A stretch of 64,000 nt of DNA from Octopus vulgaris (Eukaryota), in assembly GCA_951406725.2 (NCBI GenBank), contig OX597818.1, positions 81,220,001-81,284,000 on the forward strand, written 5' to 3'. The notes under the pieces are model-generated. The model worked only from the letters and a program-made list of their open reading frames with translations, ran no database searches and was not told where the DNA came from. Position numbers and translations under genes: made by a program. Shown here piece after piece: positions 53,563 through 64,000 of this stretch (its first letter is position 1; the number at the start of each line of letters is the position of its first letter).

Positions 53563-54038
53563 TTTCAATCAGGACTCACGCCATTAGCCACAAAGAATAA
53601 CTTCTAATTCGAGCCTACTCTAAGCTACTAAGAATGCGTGTTGCAACTTGAAAATCCACCCACCACACGCGATAGACTGGCGGTTGCACGGGCGCGAAAG
53701 CTACGTTGTTATCCTTATTCCATAAACGGTGGCTTTTAACGAGTGGAGAGCTGAACCATCCTGGGGTACAGAGTATTCACAATCTAGACTAGGCTCTGAA
53801 AGTTTACCACACCATAATGGGTTACACCATGGTTCTTCTGCTTTGTGACAGAAGTAGGAAGAAACAGTGAGAAAAAGTTGTGGTGAAAGAGTATAGCGGG
53901 GTTCACCCCCCACGCCGAAGCCTTGTGGAGCTTAGGTGTTTTTGCTAAATAAACACTCACAATGCCCGGTCTAGGAATCGAAACCGCGTTCTTACGACCG
54001 CGAATCCGCTGCTCTAATCACTGGGCCATTGCGCCTCC
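53563..54038 (-). mobile_element. tRNA-derived SINE family D (~475 bp) with long (GAA)n tail (53336-53562)
   Basis: GGAGGCGCAATGGCCCAGTGATTAG A box and GGTTTCGATTCC B box. Single copy in this window. Confidence 0.65.
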
Positions 54039-54319
54039 AATGAAGCTGTTGTTGTTTGAGATTATTTGGTGACCTTTGTTATTGTCATTGTCATCAGTAA
54101 TAGTGATATCTCTCGTTGTCGTTGTTATGATGTGTTGATTGGTTTCTCTTGTTATTGTGATTGTTGTTGGTATTTGGTGTCCTTTGGGTATTGATGTTGT
54201 TGCTGTCGTGATAGTTGTGTCGGTTGAAGTATGTCGTCGCTTTTGTTGTGTTGGCTGACGTCTCTCCTTGTGGTTGTTGATTCTATATTACTTCTATTCA
54301 TTAGCGTAATGGGTTCTTT

Positions 54320-54395
54320 ATTTAAACATGTCCTTAATTTGTGGAAGTCATTACTGGCACGCCCAATACATCGCGATATCTGACACATAGTAGGA
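54320..54395 (-). mobile_element. Small RTE-like RT C-terminal remnant
   Basis: ISRCIGRASNDFHKL resembles I..RIGKAS.AF.KL. Confidence 0.45.
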
Positions 54396-54599
54396 TATGT
54401 CAGAGCTTTTAAAAAAGTCTTTCGTTCTGTACTTTACAAAATGTCTCACACAATCACAGTGTGCGTCTAACTTTCCATTTCATTTCCTCTTTAACAATAA
54501 TGAACACGGTATCTTTAAGAATGTTTCCAGGTGAATGAAGAAGCTGTCAAACTGCCAATCTTAGAAAATATCTTTAACGTCCAGTCCTGTGCAAGACAA

Positions 54600-54865
54600 C
54601 CGACTGGCCATCTGAATTCTAGATAATGGGTTTAAAACTCGAGATGTATAACTTTCAGAAACAATACAGCTATCTCACTAGACCTAGACGGAGAGAACGA
54701 TGAGTACAACAAACGTATGGTTGCATATGTGGCAACCTAGGTCTCGCTGATGGTTATTATATCTAAATCGAGGGAGCTGTGATCATATAACATGTGGTCC
54801 TGCTTCTGGAAAAAATCTAATATCCTGCTTAATTATATGACGAGCATTGGCTCGGATTGACAGAG
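54600..54865 (-). mobile_element. Decayed LINE APE endonuclease N-terminus
   Basis: ANARH..., LDLDIITISET*V and YSSFSPSRSSEIAVLF occur in the order expected for APE motifs. Confidence 0.5.
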
Positions 54866-55235
54866 CAAAACAGGTACTCATTCAGTGCAAGCTTTCTTAG
54901 AAGTAAAATTTTCTCTAAAGAATGGTCTTGCATCATCTGTTTGGATATCCTGGAAGGGACCACGGGTCTTCAGTTTCCCGCGTCATTATGTAAAAACAAA
55001 AAAAAAAAAAAACCGTCTTATGAAGTATGGTTGATTCGTCTATGATTCCTGTCATACTTGGAACCAACTCCAAGGTGCTGTGAGGTAACGTGTGGGGGAC
55101 ACTAAACGAATTCTGGAGTCTAGAAATGGAGAAGAGTGAAGTGAGGGTGTAATACTGCAGAAGAACTGATGTATAACTGTATCTGCCCGGAAACATGCAG
55201 TACAACACAGACAAGCATACAAGCATCGATGTTCT

Positions 55236-55301
<66 letters not shown>

Positions 55302-55308
<7 letters not shown>

Positions 55309-55470
55309 AATCCAAACGGGAAACAAAAAAACAACAACAATGGAACAATTACAGTATTATTATTAATAGGCGCTCAGGAAATGGAAGCAGGGAGGTATGA
55401 CGTTTCGAGCGGAGCTCTTCGTCGGAAACATAAAGAAGGAAGAGAGAGGAAAGAAAGATCTCGGAGCGGG
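55302..55470 (-). mobile_element. Penelope-type terminal fragment P1 with hammerhead variant (55395-55429)
   Basis: GTTT-CCGACGA-A-GAGC-TCC-GCTC-GAAAC-GTC-ATAC. The 3' end joins (TA)n. Confidence 0.65.
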
Positions 55471-55477
55471 CGTACAT

Positions 55478-55517
<40 letters not shown>

Positions 55518-55536
55518 CTGTGCATATATATATATA

Positions 55537-55592
<56 letters not shown>

Positions 55593-55994
55593 CATATATA
55601 TATATACACCCACATATATGTATTACAACATATACATGTGTATATGCGTGTGTCCATACACTGCCGTCTTAAGGTATGGGCAAACTGGGGAATAGGCCGG
55701 GGGTGGGGACCCAATTCTGATCTATGTACGCTTTGTTTTGCTGTCAATAAGTAAATACTATTGGGCCCAGTATATTGATTTTCCTTGAGCGGGGTTTACG
55801 AGCTGTTTATAATTGGTGCTGCGCATAACTATTCAGCATGCTACCTGGGGTTTGGCGATGACTATTTACCTAGGCAACAACGACGACTATTCAGGTACAC
55901 TGACCAGCAACACATTATCTCTTTTATACTGGAAGTACATATACCTTTGGCTGGCACAGTGATGGTAACATACTGGCCAGTTATATATACAATG

Positions 55995-56245
55995 TGGAAG
56001 CGCGTGGCTTAGTGGTTAGGGTTGTTGGACAGATGATCGTAAGACTGTAGTTTCGATTCCTGGAGCGGGCAACCCATTGTCTTCTTGAGCAAAAACACTT
56101 CATTTCACGTTGCTCCAGTCCACTCCGCTGGCAAAAATGAACAGTCCTGCGACGCACCGGTGTTCCTTCCAAGTGGGGAATTTATACTCCACGAAACCAG
56201 GAAAAAGGCCCTTATGAGTCGGCATAATTCGAGAAAGTAACCCCA
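55995..56245 (+). mobile_element. SINE family C, alternative tail
   Basis: GCGCGTGGCTTAGTGGTTAGGG...CACGTTGCTCCAGTCCACTC. Confidence 0.8.
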
Positions 56246-56395
56246 TACCTTTTTTTAAAGTTATATACAATAGACAGTAATACATATTGCTCGGCGGCAT
56301 ATACAAATATAACAGCTCTATTACTTATATTGAGTGCATTTTTCTAATTTATGGACAACCAACTGATAATGTATATTGTATAATGATAAAAAAGG

Positions 56396-56671
56396 TTTCC
56401 AACCACATGGTTCCGAGTTCAGTCCTACTGCGTGGTACCTTGAGCAAGTATCTTTTATTAGTCTCAGGCTAACAAAAGTGGATTTACTCCTTTACTCTTT
56501 TAACTGTTTCAGTCATTTGACTGAGGCCATGCTGGGGCACCGCCTTTAGTCGAGCAAATCCACCCCAGCACTTATTCTTTATAAGCCTAGTACTTATTCT
56601 ATCGGTCTCTTTTGCCGAACCGCTAAGTTACGGGGACGTAAACACACCAGCATCGGTTGTCAAGCGATGTT

Positions 56672-56732
<61 letters not shown>

Positions 56733-57375
56733 CATATATATATACGACTGGCATCTTTCCGTTTCCGTCTACCAAATCCACTCACAAGGCTTTGGTCACT
56801 CCGAGGCTATAGTGGAAGACTCTTGCCGAAGGTGCCACGCAGTGGAACTGATCCCGGAACCATGTGATTGGTAAGCAAGCTACTTACCACACAGCCGAAA
56901 GGGAAAGGAAACCGGAAAATGCCCGTCGTATGTATGTATGTATGTATGTATGTATGTATGTATGTATGTATGTATGCATGTATGTATGTATGTATGTATG
57001 TATGTACGCATGCATGCATGCATGCATGTATGTATGTATGTATACATGTATGTATGTATGTATGCATGTATGTATGTATGTATTATGTATGTATGTATGT
57101 ATGTATGTATGTATGTATGTATGTATGTATGTATGTATGCATCTTTGTGTATGTGTCTCTATGCTTGTGTTGGTCCCCGTTCATTGCTTGACAACTGGTG
57201 CTTCTTTGTGTTCCCCAGAACTTAGCGGTTCAGCAAAAAGTATCTGACAGAATTAGCACCAGGTTAAAAAAAACCCCAAAAAAACTCAAATTGTGGAGTC
57301 GATTTGCTCGACCAAAGCCTTCAAGGCGGTACCCCAGCATGGCCACAATCCACTAACTGAAATCAGTAATTGATG
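56396..57375 (+). mobile_element. Older SINE family B split by an inverted younger copy
   Basis: Head 56396-56482 and remainder 56897-57375, which contains a ~210-bp (TATG)n. Confidence 0.75.
56483..56896 (-). mobile_element. SINE family B, full length, nested
   Basis: Highly similar to 5282-5714 and 63114-63574. Confidence 0.9.
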
Positions 57376-57389
57376 AAAAATATATGTAC

Positions 57390-57443
<54 letters not shown>

Positions 57444-58183
57444 GTACACAAACAGTCAGACACATATAATACAGAAGAGTGAGTGAGAGAGGGAGAGAGA
57501 GAGGGGGAAGAGAGAGAGAGAGGCAGAGAGAGGGAGAAAGAGAGAGAGAAAGGTAGGCAAGTATGTGGTGTAAGAGAGAGAGGTGCCTGTATGCTAACAG
57601 TCAACATGAAAGTGATTTATCAACTTACCTTTCAACAGTGTATGTCAGCAACCTAGTGAAGCGATGGATTCTCATCAGTTAACCATATAAAATTATTACC
57701 ATGACAACACCTTTGATGAAGATTTAACTCTCTTCCCACCACCACCAGCACCACCAAGAAAAAAAAAAAGAAAAAAGAGAAAAGAAAACGCATAGAATAA
57801 CACGCACAAAAAAGAAATAGAATTTGCTTGTTTTCTTATTTGGTGATAAATTTGTTATCATACCCCCTATGTATGTGAGTGTGTTTGTGTGTATGTATGT
57901 ATGTATGTATGTATGTATTTATGGATGTATGTTTTTATGTATGCATGTATGTATGTGTATATACATGTATATATACATATAGCTAGATATATATGTATAC
58001 ATTATACATATATATATATATATACTTATATATATTGGCACACTTGTGTATGTGTGTGTGGTTGTGTGTATATGTGTGTATGGATGTATGTGTAAGTTAT
58101 GTGTGTTTGTGTGTGGCGTGGTAGTGGTGGTGGTGGTGGTGGTGCTGGTAGTAGTAGTGGTGGTGGTGGTGGTGGTGGTGTGT

Positions 58184-58224
<41 letters not shown>

Positions 58225-58319
58225 TGTGTGTTTGTGTGTGTGTTTCAGTCAGGTGTCGCAATCGGGAGATAACAACAATTTGGAAAACCGATGGAAACCT
58301 ATTTACTCAGGTTCGATCG

Positions 58320-58370
58320 GAAGATCGACAGCCTCATTCGACTTTGGACAGTCTTATAGATAGATAGATT

Positions 58371-58430
<60 letters not shown>

Positions 58431-58524
58431 CATACATACATATATGTTATTATATATATATATATATACACATATATATATGTGTGTAAACATGTATATT
58501 TCTGTATATTTCTCTCTCTCTCTC

Positions 58525-58567
<43 letters not shown>

Positions 58568-59473
58568 GCATATATCCATATCTGAACCCTCTCTCTGTGT
58601 CTTATAATATAGCTCAAAACTCCCGAGAATCACCGAGAACATCCGGGAACCTCTAAAACCGTTCTATTAACGCCACTACCATTTTAAGACGCTAGGATAG
58701 TACCATACTCTTACTACCATGTGTATCAGCAAAGCTTTTGATTCAATTTCTCCCACTGTATATATTCACACAAAAATCTACACAACACCACTTTAAGAAG
58801 CAACAGACGAAAGACGCTGGTTAGCAAACTATCAGTTAAGTTGCCAAGCCTGGTCATGCACAAGACGTGCAAATCTAGAATTTACAAAAAATCATCTCTC
58901 CGCCATTTTCTCCCTACATATACTGTCTCAAAACACATACTTTCAAATAAAAACTACATTACAGACACTGTTGAACAATTATTCCAATCTTATATAGCTC
59001 ACTCCGCAAGAGCAATGCTTGCAAAGCCTGCTAGGATTCGTCTTATCTCAGCCATGTTCTCATACATATTTCTCTTTAAACATACTTACACAAAACATAG
59101 TTTTATATCAGCGTCTTAAAATGATAGTGGCGTTAATAGAACGGTTTTAGAGGTTCTCGATGGTGATGGTAGTGTACGTATTAAATTTGACAGACTAGTT
59201 ATGAACCATAAGCCATTCTCATATTATAAAAGACACAAAGAGACGGTTCAGATACGTATGTATGTATGTATGTATGTATGTATGTATGTATGTATGTATG
59301 TATGTATGTATGTATGTATGTATGTATGTATGTACGTACGTATGTATGTATGTACGCATGTATGTATGTATGCATGTATGTATGTGTGTATGTATGTATA
59401 TATATATATATATACATGTATCTTTTACTCTTATTTGTTTCAGTCATTTAACTGTGGCAATGCTGGAGCACTG

Positions 59474-59523
<50 letters not shown>

Positions 59524-59617
59524 TGATTATGTATGTATGTATGCATGTATCTATCTATCTCTCTCTCTCTCTATCTATAAGACAGTCCAAGTTTGAGTGA
59601 GTCTGTTAATCTTTCGA
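58320..59617. repeat. ~1.3-kb fold-back with three nested inverted blocks
   Basis: 58320-58365 pairs with 59572-59617, 58579-58610 with 59220-59253, and 58645-58693 with 59110-59159. Confidence 0.8.
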
Positions 59618-60093
59618 TACATTCTTTCAAATCGAAATTAGTTTACTCGCATATCCTGTCACCAATTCCCAGACACTGTGGCACATTATTATGGTGGAGT
59701 TCCAACCCGGGTCGCTGCAACAAAGTTTATCATCACCACTGCCTCGATATCCTGAATATATTTTAAGCCAATGTCTACTAGCAAGTTGCCGATGTGTGAC
59801 GACATTTTCCTCTCCTCACAACTATTCTACTCTTATTGAAATCATCAAGAAACTGGGCCTTCCAGTGCTTGCAAGCATCCGCCTCATCCACTTTTCTCTA
59901 TATACATACTTCTTCAAAACATAGTCTTAAATGGAAACTACGTTACACATATACAGTTGCTCCCACCGATTCTCAGATATTGCGGCAGAACTGTTTCAAA
60001 GTTGCAAATCATCAAGAAACCTAACTTCATAAGAACTCTTCCAGAACTTGCAAGGATTCGTCTCATTCATTTATCTCTCTTTCTTTTTTTAAC

Positions 60094-60412
60094 TGGCACT
60101 CCATCGCATAGGACGACAAGACCTCCAGTTGATCCGATCGACGGAACAGCCTCCTCATGAAATTAACGTGCATGTGGCTGAGCACTCTATAGACGCGTGT
60201 ACCCTTAACATAGTTCTAAAGGAGAATCAGCGTGACACAGAATTTAACAAGATTGACTCTATGAAATACAGGTAATACTCATTTTTGCTAGATGCGTGGA
60301 CTGGAGCAACGTGAAATAAAGTGCCTTCCAAAGGATACAACACATCGCCGGGAATTGAACTCACGACGTTATTGTCGTGAGCCGAATACTTTAAACACTA
60401 AGTCACACGTCT
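60094..60412 (-). mobile_element. SINE family C, full length
   Basis: Reverse complement of 4835-5154. Confidence 0.87.
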
Positions 60413-61526
60413 TCAATTTCTATACATACTGCCACAAAATGGAAACTACATTACACAGATAAAAGCCGCCCCCTCCAGATATTGTGGAACGTGTATTTCA
60501 AACTTATACAGATCGCCGAGAAACGTAACTTCACAAGAAGAACACTTCTAGAACTTATAGGGGTCCATCTTTTGGTCTTTTACATACGTTACATTCTCTC
60601 TGCTCCTCAAAAGTCACAAACTATCTCAGATTGTGACCATTTCACACACATTTTGTCCTCAGTCTCCAAACACTACGGGTCAACAACTCCAACCTTACAT
60701 AAACCATAATGAAACGTAGATCCATAACAACGAACTTAAAGTAAGCCTCTTTTCTAATTTCTTCCTTGCCAACACCAGCAGAAAACATCAAAAGCAACCA
60801 AACATCTTACATAAAAAAAAACATATACGCATAAACACACATATCGGAAACCAATATGATACATGCTGGGGTGAGCAGAATATGCCAACCAGGTGGAAAC
60901 ATAACTAAGAGGACGGGTGTGAAGGTCGTGCCTTCTTGTTCGATCAACTATCTTCGTACCTTCGAACTGGTTGCTTTCTTAGGGCTAGCCTAGGGTTAGA
61001 AAACAACGACAGCAACATCAACGATGCTTCTTCCACCATTATTTTCATCAGCAAACCTACGACAAATAATTGTTGTTCTTGTAGATAAGAATACCCTTGA
61101 AGACAAAGAAAAAAAAATTGAAAATCCCCAACAAAATCAACGTTACATACCCCCAAGAACGCGTGCCGCGTTGTGGTATTGATGCCATCTTAGTTCTGTG
61201 TATATGTGGCGTTGTTTTTCTTTTAGAAATATTTGCATATTGTTTAGTTATTTTCTTCTCATCACCATTGAAGCGGAACCAATGAGGATGAAATGTGTCT
61301 AAATTCACGCTTCATTGAACATTTTACTGAGAGACACATTCACACAATTACATTTTACTTTGTTTTTTAAATCTTTTTATTTTTCTGATATTTTCCATCT
61401 ATTTTTCTTCATATTATTTATATTCTCTTTTATATTTATTTTTTTATATATTTATATTTTTTGCTTGTTTCTTTCTCTCTCCACCTCTCTAGGTATTTAA
61501 ATTCTTTATTTTTGTCTTTTTCTCAT

Positions 61527-61580
<54 letters not shown>

Positions 61581-62134
61581 TTCAGTATTTTTGTTGTTGT
61601 TTGGTTTCGTTCTTTCTTTTCTCACTCAACTCTTTCGTGAGACAATTAATCTTTCCAAAAACTAATTCTCTAAAGGGCAATATAAAATGTTTAACAACAC
61701 AGATACATACACAATCCAAACAAATACACTGCTATACATACACTCACTCACACACACACACATACACATAAACACACACACACACACGCACACACGTATG
61801 CAGAAGCACTTATATCTAAAAAAAACATACAAGCATACAAACATACGCACATAAATATTCATTCATACGCACATACATTCATGAAAATTAAAACAAAAAT
61901 AAAATATAACGACACAAACTGAAATGAAATTTAACGAAATGATTTTTATAACGGAATAAAATTGAAATAAGCAATTATTTCTTGCATAGACATAAAGAGA
62001 AATTTTAGTGTAAGGTATGTAATCATTATACCCCCTCCATTGCTTCACTGGTGCTTATATCATCCTCTGCACAACGATGAAATGCAAAATGGATATCTTC
62101 ATGATATAAAAATGTGTAATATATATAGTGTGCC

Positions 62135-62270
62135 ACTAAGTGGTTTTGGGTTCAGTCCCACTACACGGCAACTTTCGATGAGTGTCTTCTACTATAGCTG
62201 ATATAGCTACCAATCACATGAGTGAATTGGGATGATCCAAAACCTGTCTGCTGTAAAAGTCCGCCGTGTA
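62135..62270 (+). mobile_element. SINE family B 5' part, degenerate
   Basis: GGGTTCAGTCCCACTACACGGCA...AGTGTCTTCTACTATAGC. Confidence 0.65.
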
Positions 62271-62278
62271 TCTATCTG

Positions 62279-62364
<86 letters not shown>

Positions 62365-62403
62365 CCCCTCTCTCTCTTTATATATATTTATATATATATA
62401 TAT

Positions 62404-62457
<54 letters not shown>

Positions 62458-63113
62458 TGACAGAAGACAGAAAATGGAATGAATGGCATTCTTTATCTAA
62501 AAATCACTACAATTGTTTTCACACATTCTTACACCTTTAGTACATATACGAGATGCTGTACCTTACATCCAAGTTGTAAAATGCACTTCCTCAGATGATT
62601 GTGTAAATAAGTTCTTCATTAGATCCTCTCGCCATTTCACACAGTTTGATAATGAATACTCAGAGTGATGTGTCGTTCCTTGCAGTTTACAGACAAAAAC
62701 TAAAACCACAGAATTTGTGACAGAGAAAATACATTACAATAAAAATACAAAATACGCAAATAAAGATAGAAAAAAAGAAAGGGAACGGTTAGGCTGGCTA
62801 TAAATTATCATACTTTCTAAATGGTCAGATCATAACAAAGAAAATACTAAAAAGACTAAAGAGTAAAATGAAGGGTAAAAAGAAACGTTTAGAGGTAATA
62901 AGTGATAAGGTGGTTAAAGCTGACCATGATAGGACTTAATCAACCGCTTCCTTGTCTCTTTTGAAGTATATCCATTAGCAGGAGCATTCCTACTGTATGA
63001 TGACATTAGGTAGCCAATAGCTGTAGACGAGCTTTGTATAACATTCTACTTAACGATATATGTTTGTGTATGTGACTGTATATATATATACATATATATA
63101 TATATACACACAC

Positions 63114-63323
63114 ACTCTTTTACTCTTTTATTTGCTTTAGTCATTGGAGTGCGGCCATGCTGGAACACCGCCTTTACTCAAGCAAATCGACCACAGAACT
63201 TATTCTTTGTAAGCCTAGTACTTATTCTATCGGTTACTTTTGCCGAACCGCTAAGTTACGGAGACGTAAACACACCAGCATCGGCTGTCAGGCGATGGTG
63301 GTGGTGGGGCAAACAGAGACGCA

Positions 63324-63362
<39 letters not shown>

Positions 63363-63574
63363 ACACGCACACACACATACACACACACATACACACACAC
63401 ATATATATATATATTACGACGAGCTTCTTTCAATTTTCCGTCTACCAAATCCAATCACAAGGCTTTGGTCGGCCCGAAGCCATTATAGAAGACACTTACA
63501 CAAGGCCCTGCACAGTGGGACTGAACCCGGAACCATGTAGTTGGTAAGGAAGCTACTTACCACACGGCCGCTCC
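63114..63574 (-). mobile_element. SINE family B, full length
   Basis: All family-B blocks present with an internal (CA)(TA) tract. Confidence 0.9.
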
Positions 63575-63619
63575 ATATTTATATGATGAAGGTGAATTCT
63601 CTTGTGAACTATAAAAGAG

Positions 63620-64000
63620 GGTTCAGTAAGATAAAGCGTTAATCATGTTCTATAAACACAAATGTGTCTCTTGAGGCCTACCGGTGCCTTGCAAACCTTT
63701 TGGTAAATGGAACAAGTTGAGGACTCGGTTTGCTTGAGCGCTTGTGAATAATTCACTTTGTGTTTTCTGGAGTGGATGGGCAAGGCCTGCTTTGCTTCGT
63801 GCCACAAGACCACAACGACAGGTAATGTTTCCATTTTGAGGAGCAGCGTTTTTCCAGCGTACCTTCATGCTTGCACGAAGATGATCCCGATGCTGGAGTC
63901 AAATTTGCTGAAATCTTTGAACTGAGGAGAAGCAGAACTGTAGCTAGTTCCTGCGTTCTGATGCTTTGTTTTTCCCAGGAAGAACAGGGAATGTTGTATC
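63620..64000 (-). mobile_element. RTE-type LINE C-terminus with zinc-finger-like motifs, runs off the window
   Basis: YNIPCSSWENKASERR; CRCGLVARSKAGL; TCSIYQKVCKAPVGLKRH. Confidence 0.65.

Noticed and set aside
60961-61096. Possible minus-strand exon (polypyrimidine-AAG ... AAG|GTACGA, one open frame)
   Set aside because: The splice signals are plausible but common in AT-rich DNA. The peptide is unrecognised and no partner exons were found.

Overview
AT-rich eukaryotic DNA packed with microsatellites and retroelements. The repeat content (tRNA-headed SINEs with CORE-like or Meta-like central domains and very dense ATT, TA, TATG and TATC repeats) suggests an octopus or other coleoid intron or intergenic region. 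This is an inference from recalled family features, not a database result. I could not support any host protein-coding exon. Nearly all ORFs in the track are microsatellite artefacts. The only real protein similarity is to decayed retroelements: R4/Dong-type restriction-like-endonuclease LINE fragments embedded in (TAA)n, RTE fragments, one APE fragment, and two tandem ~1.8-kb poly(A)-tailed elements that encode only an ORF1-like zinc-knuckle protein. The most unusual observations are: (1) several hammerhead-ribozyme motifs of the Penelope type, including a tRNA-headed, hammerhead-tailed short element with a fold-back 5' end (29723-30140) and a palindrome centred on a hammerhead core (17420-17707); (2) the ORF1-only tandem elements share their 3' end with one SINE tail variant that forms tandem multimers at a fixed junction; (3) a ~555-bp non-coding element found between (AAT)n-type tracts; (4) a SINE insertion that captured 71 bp of nearby DNA inside its target-site duplication. 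Coordinates were read by eye and may be off by a few bases.
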